Notes: generated by a model from the sequence alone, not told the origin. Shown: positions 1 to 11,196, counted from the stretch's first letter. The stretch: 64,000 bases of DNA from a virus (IMGVR_UViG_3300028833_000124:1-64000), one strand, 5' to 3'. A program made the numbers and translations.

Positions 1-1119
1 ACAATAAACTTTTAATGAACAGGAAATAGTAGTCCCATTGAAGTTATAAATTGGGAATAATGTCCATACATAATTTTCTGATTCACGAGTTAATTTGAAA
101 CTTCTTTCACCTGTAAAACTCCATTCGGTTGAAGAAACTGTTTTTTGTCCTTCTTGTTTACAAGTTACATCAGATACATTTTTTAAATAATCTGAACCTG
201 AGAAAATATTGTATGAAAATAAGTTATCAGTATCTTTTACAAACATGGTCAAATCATCACTGCATTTATTAATTTTCACATCCTTGAAATCCAAACTTGT
301 TAAATCACCAGTTAAACAGAAACAGAAAACAAAATTAGATGGAACAGTAACATCAAATTTCACTAATGCCCCAGTATCCCTACAAACAAGAATAATACTA
401 TCATCCAATACGCCAATATGGAATCGGACCCATTCCCCAACAGATTCACTTGTTAAACCCAATTGTCCAAGATTAAAACCATTCAAAGCACCAGTAACAC
501 TTCCACTACTATTTGTTTCAAATAATCCGCAGAAACTATCACTAATCAAACCATCATTCAAACGAACACTAAAATCAATATCAACAAACTGACCTAATAC
601 TGGACTGTAAAGGAAACTGACACTAGTATTGTCATCACGATAAATCTTTGTAAATTCAGGGTAAACTTCACGAACAAGATTGCCCATGTCACTCCAGGAG
701 TTAGTGTTATTCAATACACCGAAATCATTGAAAATATAATCTTGTGATAATCGTGCTTGAACATCAAAAATATCCGCATCTTCCAATCTGAAATTATGAG
801 TTACTTCACCATTCAAATCAGTTAAACCATAACCTAATATTTGTCTTGTTTTCTTATTAACAAATTCCACAGGAACCCCATAACAATTAACATTACTGGA
901 ATCTGTTACTTTTGCTTTTAATGTTCCTACATCAGCAGTAGTAATCGCATTATTCGGAGTTGTTAAACTAATGTTTGCAGGTTCGGGTAATCCTACATGC
1001 AGTATACCATTATTATTAACAGTTACGAAATTTTCTAATATTTCTTTTGTTTGATCTCTATCAAAAAAATGATTGTTAATCATTTTACGTAAATTATATT
1101 GTTGAATATTATTAGCCAT
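1..1119 (-). CDS. Adhesin-like tail/receptor-binding protein (Ig-like domain plus beta-sandwich), runs off window edge
   Basis: Not in ORF track. Hand translation from ATG at 1119 (after GGGAGG RBS) is open to position 1: MANNIQQYNLRKM...KVTDSSNVNCYGVPVEFVNKKTRQILGYGLTDLNGEVTHNF (Ig-like, Big_1 type). Follows the tail-fibre genes. Confidence 0.6.
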   Translation of the reverse strand, partial: MANNIQQYNLRKMINNHFFDRDQTKEILENFVTVNNNGILHVGLPEPANISLTTPNNAITTADVGTLKAKVTDSSNVNCYGVPVEFVNKKTRQILGYGLTDLNGEVTHNFRLEDADIFDVQARLSQDYIFNDFGVLNNTNSWSDMGNLVREVYPEFTKIYRDDNTSVSFLYSPVLGQFVDIDFSVRLNDGLISDSFCGLFETNSSGSVTGALNGFNLGQLGLTSESVGEWVRFHIGVLDDSIILVCRDTGALVKFDVTVPSNFVFCFCLTGDLTSLDFKDVKINKCSDDLTMFVKDTDNLFSYNIFSGSDYLKNVSDVTCKQEGQKTVSSTEWSFTGERSFKLTRESENYVWTLFPIYNFNGTTISCSLKVYC

Positions 1120-1138
1120 GAATAAAATCCTCCCATTT

Positions 1139-2008
1139 TTAATAATGATATAAGAAATTCTGACGGATGTTTAAACCATCACCTGTTTTACTACCTGCAC
1201 CATTACTATTATGAGCACATATAGCTCCACCAGTAGTAATGTAATAAGCTAAATTTCCGGTTAATGAAGTTTGAGATACAGCAGTTGTTGGTTGATATTC
1301 TTCTGGTATTGCACCATCTTTATGTAAATAGATTGTTCCTTTGGTAGCTACACCAACAAGCCAATATGGACTTGGATTTTTATCTTTATTTTTATTATCC
1401 TTAGTGGACCCTACACCTTTAAATACACCAGTACGATTATATGTAACTCTTGCTAATCTTAAAGAACGATTAACATATAAATTACAGTAATCTTCAACAT
1501 TATTATGTCCGGATAAAGTGACTTTCTCCCATTTGATAAGATTAGCAACAGCTTCATTGATTTTATCATTCAAGATTTTTCCTTGGTATGCTGCTAATGA
1601 TTCACCATCATTATATGCAGCAGCAGACAAGTTATTTATTACTTTATTATGTCCATAATTAGTAGGAGTTCCTTTTCCGTAGACATCTTGAGGACTACTG
1701 TGATTTATTTGAGCGTAATCACTATGACTGTGTAATGCTCTTGCAAAATCAGCTGGTCTATACCCATCTAATGTGGTTGCATTGATTTGTAATTCTGATT
1801 GAGTATTACTAATAATTTGAATTAACTCTGTTTGGTCTATATAGGTTTCATCCATTTCCAATATTTTATCTGCTAGTTCTTTGAATTTGGATTCTGAAGT
1901 GATGATGATGTTATCAATGTTTTCACCATCTTCAGAGTATAGTTTTACTTCAGCTCCAAGCATCCCTGTTTCTTTTTCATAGAAAACTCTTGTTTTATAA
2001 TCCACCAT
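1139..2008 (-). CDS. Tail fibre protein
   Basis: Fibre-type motifs (NATTLDG, GKGTPTNYGH, LAAYQGKILNDKI); position in fibre cluster. Confidence 0.55.
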   Translation of the reverse strand: MVDYKTRVFYEKETGMLGAEVKLYSEDGENIDNIIITSESKFKELADKILEMDETYIDQTELIQIISNTQSELQINATTLDGYRPADFARALHSHSDYAQINHSSPQDVYGKGTPTNYGHNKVINNLSAAAYNDGESLAAYQGKILNDKINEAVANLIKWEKVTLSGHNNVEDYCNLYVNRSLRLARVTYNRTGVFKGVGSTKDNKNKDKNPSPYWLVGVATKGTIYLHKDGAIPEEYQPTTAVSQTSLTGNLAYYITTGGAICAHNSNGAGSKTGDGLNIRQNFLYHY

Positions 2009-2012
2009 AATT

Positions 2013-4580
2013 TCACACCTTGTATTCTAAGTAATTTGGAAGAATGCTGCATTGTTTGTTTAATGCTGATTCTTTTCTTTTCGCATAATAACCAATAGCT
2101 AAACCAGTTTCCTCAATATTTGGAGTGTAAACAACTGTTATTATGTCATTTAACATTAAACTTGTTGAATCTGTTTCCACATTCACTAAATTGAAATGAA
2201 TGGTTTTTGTTAAGTAATCAACTGTGAAATCCACATCTTCAACTAATTCCTGTTCATTATCTCCGCCTTTGTTTAAGTATACATGGCGGATTGGGTCAAC
2301 TGCTGCTGCTCTTAAAACTATGTATTTGTTTTCCAATACTTCGTTAGTTACTTGTATTGTGTCTTCAAAATAGTCTAAGATTAAAGGCATTTCATCATTA
2401 GTTAATCCCTGAATGAATATTGGATTGTAGCTGACTGATAGTTTTCCTGGTTGCATATCATCTAATACAGTTTCATCAAATGTGATTATATCATTATCAT
2501 AATCTACTGTGTAGTCATACCATTCACCATAACTTTGATAGTATCCTTCACCGTTTGGTATGAGTTGACATTCAAGTATTGGGTATGCAGGAATGTTGCT
2601 GAATTGGAATCCGCTGATTATTTGGTTTTCATCTTCATCTAATCCTCCATCAAAGCTTAAATATTCTGTAGTGGATTCATCAGTATATAAGTATGGTTTG
2701 ATGTATACATTGGATTTCTTTAATGTTTCAAGGATTGTTGGATTGTCAACAAGGTATGTGCATCTTTCATCATCATCAGTTTTACTTGCAATATTGCTTT
2801 GATGTGTTTCACTTAACAAGTAGGTGAATTCATCTAATTCTGAAACTGTGATTACTTCAAAATGTTCTTTAACAATTTTATCCTGGATAAGTTCTGCACT
2901 ACATTCTACCTCACTTGATTCAACTGTAAATGGAGCGTTAGCTCTTCCCCAAACTGCAGCTCCAAGCATTGGTGTGATTTTTGGATTATACATTTGTGTG
3001 CGGACATACATGCTTGTTGGTAAAGTACAATGCACAGTAATGTTTACTTTTTGAATGCTTGGTGTTTCAGTATTATTTGTGCTGGTTTGCCACATTTTTG
3101 CACGTACAAATAATATGGTTGGTTTGCCAGTTATTGCTGCTCTTGAAGTTCCAATTGTATGCCAGTCTTCTGGTTTGTTTCTATTACCTGTGGTGGAATA
3201 TTCAAATTCTAGGAATCTTCCTCTGTCATGGTCTGTGTCATCCCATCCGCTGCATTGAGCACTAATATCAATTCCAGTTATTGGATTTGTGAATATTGGT
3301 TTAAAATATAAGTAATTATAGTTTTCTTCCTCACTATCGAATGAAACATATTCTTCTGAGTGTTCTACGATTTTACATTCAAAAGCAAAGTCTTGTGGAG
3401 TGTATTTTCCTTGTTTATATTCAATTTTATCCAAGTCATTTTTACCATATCTTGTGAATGATCTTCCATTGTTTTCAGATAAAAATGCATCACCATCATT
3501 ATATCTATGACTGCAGTTTCTTCCCCATCCACCTATTCTTGGTGCTTGCTCCCAATGTGCTAATGGACAGAAAACTACAATAGCATAATGTTCATCTTTA
3601 GTTACATTACAAGGAGTATCAAATACAAAACTGTGGAATCCAGGAGTTGCATATTTAGGGTCAAATACTGCTTCTGCTAAAGGATGGTTTATCATTGCAG
3701 CATTATTAGCGAGTCGTGTAACTGGATAATATATTGTTTCAGTTTGACGGATATGTGTTCCGTTTTTATTTTTAACCCATTTCCCTTTGTTTTTACCAGA
3801 AGTAATTTTCTTATATTTCTGTTTTGTAGTACCTGAAGGCGCAGTTATATATACATATTCAGATGCTTTCTTTTTCTTGTTCCATGTTGTAACAGGTACT
3901 TCTTTTGGAGTTGTTGGCCATATTTGAACATATAATGGACTTCCCCATCCAACCCATTTACTACCATTGGTTTCAAGTTGTAATGAAACAGATTCTAATA
4001 CACCAGTTTTACCACATTTGAATGTTTGAGCACGAACAATTGAAGGAATATTATGTACTTTATGATTTTTTAACCATTCAGGATATAATACATAAGGTTT
4101 TGCTTTATTATACCCTACATACCAGTAAGTATTAACTCCACCGTTTTCCTTCATGTTTTTTGTATTGAAATCTTCAGTTACAATCTCTTGTTTTGGTAAT
4201 ACTGCTCTTTTATGTATGGATGCAACACCATCTGATACTGTGGGATATGATTCGATTACACAATCACTTATATCCATATCTAGTAATGATTCGTCGCTGA
4301 AATCTATTGGTATGATTACTTCAGTATCACTGTTGAAGTTAACTGTATTGTTCAAACCATTGACTTGAAATCCGTAACTTTTTGTTGGATCAACAACAAT
4401 GGGGTTGAATCTTTTACGTACATATGGGTTGATGCGGTAGTCTAATCTTTCAATTTCTTGTTTTAGATATTCATCATTTTCACAGTTCTGGTCTGCCCAT
4501 TGTTTAACTGCATATTGTTGTTCTCCAGTTGATGCTATTTTATTTAAATTTTTATAGATTGGTTTGCAATTTTCGGCCAT
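2013..4580 (-). CDS. Large baseplate/tail structural protein
   Basis: 855 aa, beta-rich, between baseplate and fibre genes; function inferred from synteny. Confidence 0.45.
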   Translation of the reverse strand: MAENCKPIYKNLNKIASTGEQQYAVKQWADQNCENDEYLKQEIERLDYRINPYVRKRFNPIVVDPTKSYGFQVNGLNNTVNFNSDTEVIIPIDFSDESLLDMDISDCVIESYPTVSDGVASIHKRAVLPKQEIVTEDFNTKNMKENGGVNTYWYVGYNKAKPYVLYPEWLKNHKVHNIPSIVRAQTFKCGKTGVLESVSLQLETNGSKWVGWGSPLYVQIWPTTPKEVPVTTWNKKKKASEYVYITAPSGTTKQKYKKITSGKNKGKWVKNKNGTHIRQTETIYYPVTRLANNAAMINHPLAEAVFDPKYATPGFHSFVFDTPCNVTKDEHYAIVVFCPLAHWEQAPRIGGWGRNCSHRYNDGDAFLSENNGRSFTRYGKNDLDKIEYKQGKYTPQDFAFECKIVEHSEEYVSFDSEEENYNYLYFKPIFTNPITGIDISAQCSGWDDTDHDRGRFLEFEYSTTGNRNKPEDWHTIGTSRAAITGKPTILFVRAKMWQTSTNNTETPSIQKVNITVHCTLPTSMYVRTQMYNPKITPMLGAAVWGRANAPFTVESSEVECSAELIQDKIVKEHFEVITVSELDEFTYLLSETHQSNIASKTDDDERCTYLVDNPTILETLKKSNVYIKPYLYTDESTTEYLSFDGGLDEDENQIISGFQFSNIPAYPILECQLIPNGEGYYQSYGEWYDYTVDYDNDIITFDETVLDDMQPGKLSVSYNPIFIQGLTNDEMPLILDYFEDTIQVTNEVLENKYIVLRAAAVDPIRHVYLNKGGDNEQELVEDVDFTVDYLTKTIHFNLVNVETDSTSLMLNDIITVVYTPNIEETGLAIGYYAKRKESALNKQCSILPNYLEYKV

Positions 4581-4582
4581 GT

Positions 4583-5284
4583 TTAATTCACCTGCACAAC
4601 AATTTCTTCTTCATTAATATCTCTTAGTTTATCAGAATCTTTTGTAGGTCGGATGTAAAGGTTTTGGGATGTGGAATCATAGTAGTAACCTCCTTTGATT
4701 GTGTGTAAATCTTCTATTGTGGTTACTCTTCGATATCCGTTTCCGGTGTTGTTTTCAAATACTCCTATGACTTCGTTCTTTTCTGTGATGTAGAATATGT
4801 TGTTTCCTTGGGTGGCTTCTTGCCATCCTCTGCGGATTGAACCTGTTGCTAATTGGAATCTGTATTCTACTGTTACTTCCCCGATTGCACCTGATAAGAA
4901 TTGGTCATCTATTTTCACATATCGGTCGTGACTTATCATGATTTTGTCATTGAATACTCCGATTTCACTTGTTCCTAACATTTCACTTGCTTTGAATGAT
5001 GCGGTTAGTATTAATCTTTTGTTTTGTAAATCTGCTTCGCAAGTGCATCTTCTTCTGCTTGTTTCATTACCTAGATTCAAGTCAGATTTTTGAGGTTGGT
5101 TGGAACCGTTTCCTACTGCGATGTATTCTATTGGGTTGAATGCATCGTTTATCCATCTGTTTAAAAAGAAGGATTCACCAAATTGTGTGATTAGATTATG
5201 ATTTGTGAATTCTAATTTTGTATTTAGAAACATTGTTTGTAGGGGAATGCTAATTGTATAACTTCCTGTAACACCGAAATTCAT
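4583..5284 (-). CDS. Tail-fibre attachment / baseplate protein (P2 gpH N-terminal-like)
   Basis: YIAVGNGSNQP...LGNETSR...SEIGVF pattern typical of fibre-attachment domains. Confidence 0.5.
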   Translation of the reverse strand: MNFGVTGSYTISIPLQTMFLNTKLEFTNHNLITQFGESFFLNRWINDAFNPIEYIAVGNGSNQPQKSDLNLGNETSRRRCTCEADLQNKRLILTASFKASEMLGTSEIGVFNDKIMISHDRYVKIDDQFLSGAIGEVTVEYRFQLATGSIRRGWQEATQGNNIFYITEKNEVIGVFENNTGNGYRRVTTIEDLHTIKGGYYYDSTSQNLYIRPTKDSDKLRDINEEEIVVQVN

Positions 5285-5574
5285 AGGAACACCACTTTTT
5301 TATTATTAACTGTCATCTCTGTGAATACTCTTACATGGTTATCTCCAGGTATTGTTGCTGAGTCAACATTTAAATGTAATATTTTCGTTAAAGGCATTAG
5401 TTTCTGCAAACGCCTTTCTAAGTTATAACCATTTTCTTGAGGCACATTCGACGGAATATCTAAAGGATTAAAGTATAAATCAAAATTATTAGGAGTCATA
5501 TATGGTTCATGACGAAAACATTTTTTAACAATTTCTTCACTAAAATCATTATCAGGCATAATTTTATTCTCCAT
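5281..5574 (-). CDS. Small baseplate-associated protein
   Basis: Synteny; LERRLQKLMPL resembles the C-terminus of wedge proteins; real start may be MPDNDF. Confidence 0.35.
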   Translation of the reverse strand: MENKIMPDNDFSEEIVKKCFRHEPYMTPNNFDLYFNPLDIPSNVPQENGYNLERRLQKLMPLTKILHLNVDSATIPGDNHVRVFTEMTVNNKKVVFL

Positions 5575-6322
5575 AACTAATTGTTAAAATCAGATCACTA
5601 TCAATACTGATTGAAGAAATTTTATTATCTAATTTTTCTTCAGTTTCTGTTTTAGTGTAATAATTTTGTAATTGTAATTCTCCTTCTTCACCGATAAATG
5701 CATCTAATTTAGTGTCAACTTCTTCTTGAGTATAATAACGAGTATCGTGGTCGTGAGAGCTATCTGATTTATTATTCAATGCGTTATACACAACTTTATT
5801 CTGTACAGGGTTTGTTGAACTTGATGATAAACTGCTGTCAACTGTAGTTTTGTTTGCTCCAGTTGCTATACCGTCAAGTTTGGTTTTATCTGCACTGGAC
5901 ATGAATCCGTTAGCAGATGTGGTCGCATTACTATGAACATGGTTACTTGCAGCTTTACCATTTAAAGCAGTTTGCAATCCAGTAATATCTGCAATTACAT
6001 GAACATGCCCAATTTTAGCATAATCATTGATGTTAAATTCAAGACTGTCAAGTCTTTCCCATTTATTATTATATCGAATATAAATATCATACAAATTCTC
6101 TGTTATTTCCGGATTTTCATTATTCGGAACAATATATAACACATTAGTTTTAATATTACTGGTCGGTAAACTGGAAACCGGTACAATTAAAGTTAAATTA
6201 CTAATTGCAGTTGTTATTTGTGTTCTTACTTCTGCTTGAGTATATGTTTCAGCTTTTGCGTAACATTTGCTTAAAATGTATTCTTCCAATTCTAATGATT
6301 TAGTAGTTTCAGTCATAAACAA
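5564..6322 (-). CDS. Tail fibre protein with His-containing phage tail repeats
   Basis: HVHVIADITGLQTALNGKA, HVHSNATTSANGFMSSADKTKLDGI, HDHDTRYYT motifs. Confidence 0.65.
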   Translation of the reverse strand: MFMTETTKSLELEEYILSKCYAKAETYTQAEVRTQITTAISNLTLIVPVSSLPTSNIKTNVLYIVPNNENPEITENLYDIYIRYNNKWERLDSLEFNINDYAKIGHVHVIADITGLQTALNGKAASNHVHSNATTSANGFMSSADKTKLDGIATGANKTTVDSSLSSSSTNPVQNKVVYNALNNKSDSSHDHDTRYYTQEEVDTKLDAFIGEEGELQLQNYYTKTETEEKLDNKISSISIDSDLILTISYGE

Positions 6323-6359
6323 TCATCTCAAAATTTTTAATTTAATTTTTTCCATTTTT

Positions 6360-8915
6360 TTAAAGATTAAAGATTTTCTCACAACCTAAATAAACAATAC
6401 CCTCATGAATTGTTCTTTCAAGGGAAACTGTTATGTTAGATGTATTTTGACTTTTATTAACTTGATAATTTGAAGCGCCATTGTAAGTTAAAATTGTTTC
6501 AATACCGTCATTGGTTCTGCAAATAATTTTCTGACCGTTTAATGGATGTGTGATTGTGAATCCTAAAACAATCTTTGTATTTGTTGAACTGATTTTAGTA
6601 ACTGAAATGTATTGATATTCATATTCATCAATGTCATGATCTAATGGTTCGTAAACGATTTCAGAACCATACTCATTAACATATATAACATTATCACTTG
6701 CAAGAACAGTTTCATTATCAGTAATACTATAAACCGCACCTTCCAAACCTTTACGGTCATCTAAATATAGGTAAGGTAAGTTTAATAATCTGGTATCGGT
6801 TTCGTCTGTGGAATGTTCCACATAAGTTAATCCATCTTCTTCAGTTAGATTTAGATTTGTGACAATTCCATTAAAATCAGATAATCGTGTTAAATCAGAT
6901 TTTGGAATTTCTTTCCATGATAAAACACCGGTGGTTTGATTTAATTGTAAATCTTTAATAAACAAGTTTTGCTCAACATCATTAATATGAACACCATAAT
7001 CCACATTTTCAAGTATTGCGGTTTCATGTTCGTTTAATCTGTTTTCATTTGTGAATATCTCTGTGTCCACTAAAGCAGAGTAAGGTTCATCATCTTCGAC
7101 AAAGGTTATATCTTGTACTGTTAATTGTTTGTTTTGGGATACATTGAAAAAACGAGCACTTGAAAGATTAGTGATTTTTGCATTGTTACAGCCTATGATT
7201 GTGCAGTTTTCTTTAACAATACAAGTATTTGGGATTGTTATTTCACCAATAACTGCTATTAAATCCAAGTTACCATTAACACTATCTAATGCTTTTTGTA
7301 ATGTTTTGAATGGATTGTTTCTAGTTCCGTCATTATTGTCATTTCCTGATGTTCTGACATAGAAATCTGCATCGTTACATCCTCTAACTATTATTGTGAT
7401 TTCAACTGTTCCAATAATATTGTTTTCTTTGTCTTTTCCAATGAATGTGAAGTTGTTGTCATCGAATTCATCTAATAAACTTGCTTGACATATCCATTGT
7501 TTATTAGTGTAGTTTTCTTCTACTATTTCATTGTTTAATAGGATTGTTACTGTGTAATCATCACTAATGTCATCTGCAAGACTGTTTAAGAATTTAAATG
7601 TGAAATTAACTGATTGTTTTTTAACTGGTCTTACAGTATTTGCACTTGCATAGAAATATTCTCCAAGACGATTTTTATCATCAAACCATTTGTCTTTGTG
7701 TTCCCATGGTTCGGGTGTCCATTCGTCCACGATTAAAGTTTCGTATTCTTGACCTGTGCATGGGTCAGTTCTTGTTTCTTTATGATGTGGATGTCTTAAT
7801 ATGTCAAACCATTTCAGGAGGTATCTTTCACGGTTGAGCATTACAGCAGGGATTCCGTAGAGTTTCCATATCTCTAAAACTGGTGCTGGAGTATCATGTA
7901 ATCTTAAATTGTATTCTATCATCCGGTGCATGTAATGGTAATCGTCTTCAGTTAACTTGTTGTTGAATGGTGGTTCTGAAGTATAGTATTCCCCAAGGGT
8001 GTCTATTGGGATGTATTCTTTACGTGGGATGTGGTTTAGTTTTCCCATTCTGTCCAAACTTAAGTCATGGTCAAATACATTTCCTTGAGGTTCATCGTTT
8101 TCCGGCCATCCTTTTATGAGATGGTATTCGTCATATGTTTCAACTTCGATTATGAATTCTGAAGCTGTAATATATTCTGGTTGAATTGTTGGTAAATATT
8201 TGGTTATTGTACCTTGATAATTATAGGTTTCAATTTCAACATAGAAAATATCATTAACTATACTGTTTCCTTCATCTTCTTCTTCATCAACCTCATTTAC
8301 TATAAGGTTTCTGTAAGAATATTCAATAGGTGTTACTAATTGATTATCTTCATAAGAATTAGTGTATATGACAGTATCATTTTTATACAAAGTCACACTT
8401 TTCAGATGACTGAAACTCCCACTAACATTAACATCAAAATGCTCATCATCAACATCAATACGCCAAAACAACAACTGATCCAACAACAACTGTTCCTCAT
8501 GAGAAATTTCTAACTCCTCAATCTCAGACTCATCAACATTAACAAAAGATAACTCATTACGAGTATCATAAGAATAAACATAATCGAAACTAGAAGACTC
8601 ATCAACACTATTAAAATCCTCAATATAAACAACATTATCATCTTTAAAAATTTTAACAGATTTCAAATTAGGAAAATTAGCAACAAAATTAATCTCATAA
8701 CTATAAGGCACAGACTGCTCTTTCCAAATCAACAACTTCTTATTTAACTGAAAACTTTGAGAAATCTTAAACAAATCATTAGCTAACTCCTGAAACCTAC
8801 GATTAGTAACATCTTGAGATTTATAAAAATTAGATGTGCTGCTTTTATCAAAAAACCATGGAAACATATCCATCAAGCTTTTTAAACTATTCTTAACCAT
8901 ACTATACCATCTCAA
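6360..8915 (-). CDS. Baseplate wedge protein (gpI/DUF2313-like) fused to adhesin-type domains
   Basis: Directly after baseplate J; LSLDRMGKL..IPR motif; two internal LKSV.(I/L).K.D.V.Y repeats; YVRTSGNDNNDGTRNNPFKTLQKA beta-helix cap. Confidence 0.5.
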   Translation of the reverse strand: MRWYSMVKNSLKSLMDMFPWFFDKSSTSNFYKSQDVTNRRFQELANDLFKISQSFQLNKKLLIWKEQSVPYSYEINFVANFPNLKSVKIFKDDNVVYIEDFNSVDESSSFDYVYSYDTRNELSFVNVDESEIEELEISHEEQLLLDQLLFWRIDVDDEHFDVNVSGSFSHLKSVTLYKNDTVIYTNSYEDNQLVTPIEYSYRNLIVNEVDEEEDEGNSIVNDIFYVEIETYNYQGTITKYLPTIQPEYITASEFIIEVETYDEYHLIKGWPENDEPQGNVFDHDLSLDRMGKLNHIPRKEYIPIDTLGEYYTSEPPFNNKLTEDDYHYMHRMIEYNLRLHDTPAPVLEIWKLYGIPAVMLNRERYLLKWFDILRHPHHKETRTDPCTGQEYETLIVDEWTPEPWEHKDKWFDDKNRLGEYFYASANTVRPVKKQSVNFTFKFLNSLADDISDDYTVTILLNNEIVEENYTNKQWICQASLLDEFDDNNFTFIGKDKENNIIGTVEITIIVRGCNDADFYVRTSGNDNNDGTRNNPFKTLQKALDSVNGNLDLIAVIGEITIPNTCIVKENCTIIGCNNAKITNLSSARFFNVSQNKQLTVQDITFVEDDEPYSALVDTEIFTNENRLNEHETAILENVDYGVHINDVEQNLFIKDLQLNQTTGVLSWKEIPKSDLTRLSDFNGIVTNLNLTEEDGLTYVEHSTDETDTRLLNLPYLYLDDRKGLEGAVYSITDNETVLASDNVIYVNEYGSEIVYEPLDHDIDEYEYQYISVTKISSTNTKIVLGFTITHPLNGQKIICRTNDGIETILTYNGASNYQVNKSQNTSNITVSLERTIHEGIVYLGCEKIFNL

Positions 8916-10050
8916 TTAAAATATTATGACTAACCGCAATCTCTTCATCCTCAATACGAATATAATCATCAGGAGTAGAGAAATTAATATCTTTTAATTC
9001 AGGAATCTCCTCATCCAAAAACACCGCAAGCTTATGAGGTATGAAATCTTCACCAATACCTAAACCAGTATACCAAGTTCCATCATTCCTATAACCCTCA
9101 TCAATAAATACCTTAATAGCAGAAACAATCCTATCTTTAATATTATCCTTTTCCAATTCACTATAAGGATTAATCTGGTCAATATCAACATTAACAGATG
9201 CTTCAATATCAATATATTTTTCAACTGGAGCAAACATCACAATATCCTCAGTAGCCTGAGTAACTTCAGATTGCAAACGACTATAAGCCTCATTCAACAA
9301 GTATGGTGTTCCAGGGTCCAATATAACTTTCATAGTTCCGCTTAAATCCCAATTTGGAATTAACTTATATCCATCAATACCATCAAAATTAGCGAAAAAT
9401 TCCTCATAAGCTTCATCACTACCTTTAATCAAGATTAAACGCCAATTATATAATAACTCCCTGTACTCATCATCATTATACTCATCAGTTCCACCATGAC
9501 TAGCATTAGGATTAGTAACTTTGAAATTATATCCTAATTCATCAACAATATTCTCAATAGATTCAGCAGCTATCCTAACACCAGTTCCTGCGTCAACACT
9601 TAAACATTGAACACTAGCACTAGTATTATCAACAGAAATAAATAACGGTTCTACAGTTTCATATTCAATACCATCAGCTGTAGAAACAATGATTCCTTCA
9701 TCAAAACTAATATCATTTTCAAGTTCAACATTATTTAATGTGAAAGTTACCAAAACACTTGCTTTAGTATCTAATGGTCTTGGAACTCCAACTTTAGCAC
9801 CTATATTATCTAAATCAATTCCAGTAGCTAAATCAATATCATCTTTATTGTAGATGAGTGTTGCATCATCATAATAAATTTCAAACATTTTCGCAATAAC
9901 AGATTTATCCATAACATAATAATTTGAAATGTCCTGTCGGTTTGCAATAAATGATTCAAAATCTTCAGCTTTACTTGCCAATCCATTATTAACACTATCT
10001 TCAAGCATTAATCCGAAAATTTCTTCATAATCTTTTTCAACATAATTCAT
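8902..10050 (-). CDS. Baseplate J-like protein
   Basis: ATGIDLDNIGAKVGVPR, GGTDEYNDDEYRE..., IKGSDEAYE motifs of the Baseplate_J family. Confidence 0.85.
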   Translation of the reverse strand: MNYVEKDYEEIFGLMLEDSVNNGLASKAEDFESFIANRQDISNYYVMDKSVIAKMFEIYYDDATLIYNKDDIDLATGIDLDNIGAKVGVPRPLDTKASVLVTFTLNNVELENDISFDEGIIVSTADGIEYETVEPLFISVDNTSASVQCLSVDAGTGVRIAAESIENIVDELGYNFKVTNPNASHGGTDEYNDDEYRELLYNWRLILIKGSDEAYEEFFANFDGIDGYKLIPNWDLSGTMKVILDPGTPYLLNEAYSRLQSEVTQATEDIVMFAPVEKYIDIEASVNVDIDQINPYSELEKDNIKDRIVSAIKVFIDEGYRNDGTWYTGLGIGEDFIPHKLAVFLDEEIPELKDINFSTPDDYIRIEDEEIAVSHNILIEMV

Positions 10051-10487
10051 ATGTTTACACTCCCAGTTATAGTTTCATCATTCACACTTGTCACATTAAA
10101 TTCAACAAGATAAGATTGAACATCAGAGTCAGATACTTTTAAACTATTCACTTCTTGTATTCTCCTCATATTTTCAAGAACTTCAGAGACATACAATTCA
10201 ATTTCATATCTAACCATTTCCGATTTATTTGCTTTAATCAATTGATGAGCTCTGCAACCAAATTCAGCATATAATGGAATAGAATCAAGCTCTTGAAATC
10301 TTGTCATAATTGCAATGCATATAGCATTACGAAGCGAGTCTTTTCCAGTTAAGTTCACATAATCCCCATTTTTCATTTGAATATCCCAATGATTAGCAGT
10401 AGAACTAACAGGCAACACTTGAACATCTTCATTCAAAGTCTTCAAAAATTGATAATCATCACTTTCATAATCAACCGGCAATGTCAT
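10047..10487 (-). CDS. Baseplate wedge subunit (gp25/gpW/DUF2634-like)
   Basis: LRNAICIAIMTRFQE...YAEFGCRAHQLI; position before baseplate J. Confidence 0.7.
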   Translation of the reverse strand: MTLPVDYESDDYQFLKTLNEDVQVLPVSSTANHWDIQMKNGDYVNLTGKDSLRNAICIAIMTRFQELDSIPLYAEFGCRAHQLIKANKSEMVRYEIELYVSEVLENMRRIQEVNSLKVSDSDVQSYLVEFNVTSVNDETITGSVNI

Positions 10488-11196
10488 CGTTATCTTCTCC
10501 TTTCAACTCCGCAATAGCTTCAGCTACTTTCAACGCAATCAATTCATCAACTTCTTCTTTTGTATACACTTCTTCTTTAGAGTATAATTCATCTTTAGTG
10601 TAAACATTACTAGAATCTGCATAATCAAAATCTTCCATTTCTTCATCTAACTTCCCAACACTCATTGTTGGAGTAGATGGCAAACGATATTCAAAACCAT
10701 CACGACCAAACTTCAACCAATAAACATTAGTTTCATTCACAGAAATTAATTTAAGATTTCCTGGTGCAGCCGGATTAAAGCCTATAGTTTCCTCATCATC
10801 AACAAAATAACCTAAAATCAAATCAAAATCCTTATCAGGAACATCAATTATAAACACATGCTGATGAGCTTTCGGAATAATGCAAGGTTCTTTGAGATCA
10901 TCACAGAAACTACGTTCATCTGCTAAAGGAGTGTAAAAATCAATTAAATCACCCCCAAACCTATGCAAAGGTTTGCAGATAACTTTCTTATTAGAATTAT
11001 CTAATTGAACTTCCGCCTTATCCAAATAAGGATAAAACTTTGTAATAACACCAGTTTTTGTTTTCAGATTCTCTGAAACTTTCTCTATCTTTTGAGGAAC
11101 ACTACTGTTAATAATATGATTAACTGGTTCGCTTAACGCTTTCATTAACCTATCATCTGTGACTGTGATTTCTTTAGAATCTACCAAATTAATCAA
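10471..11196 (-). CDS. Baseplate spike protein (gpV/gp45-like)
   Basis: N-terminal OB-like GVITKFYPYLDKAEVQL; C-terminal YTKEEVD repeats; synteny hub-spike-gp25-J. Confidence 0.55.
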   Translation of the reverse strand: MINLVDSKEITVTDDRLMKALSEPVNHIINSSVPQKIEKVSENLKTKTGVITKFYPYLDKAEVQLDNSNKKVICKPLHRFGGDLIDFYTPLADERSFCDDLKEPCIIPKAHQHVFIIDVPDKDFDLILGYFVDDEETIGFNPAAPGNLKLISVNETNVYWLKFGRDGFEYRLPSTPTMSVGKLDEEMEDFDYADSSNVYTKDELYSKEEVYTKEEVDELIALKVAEAIAELKGEDNDDIAG

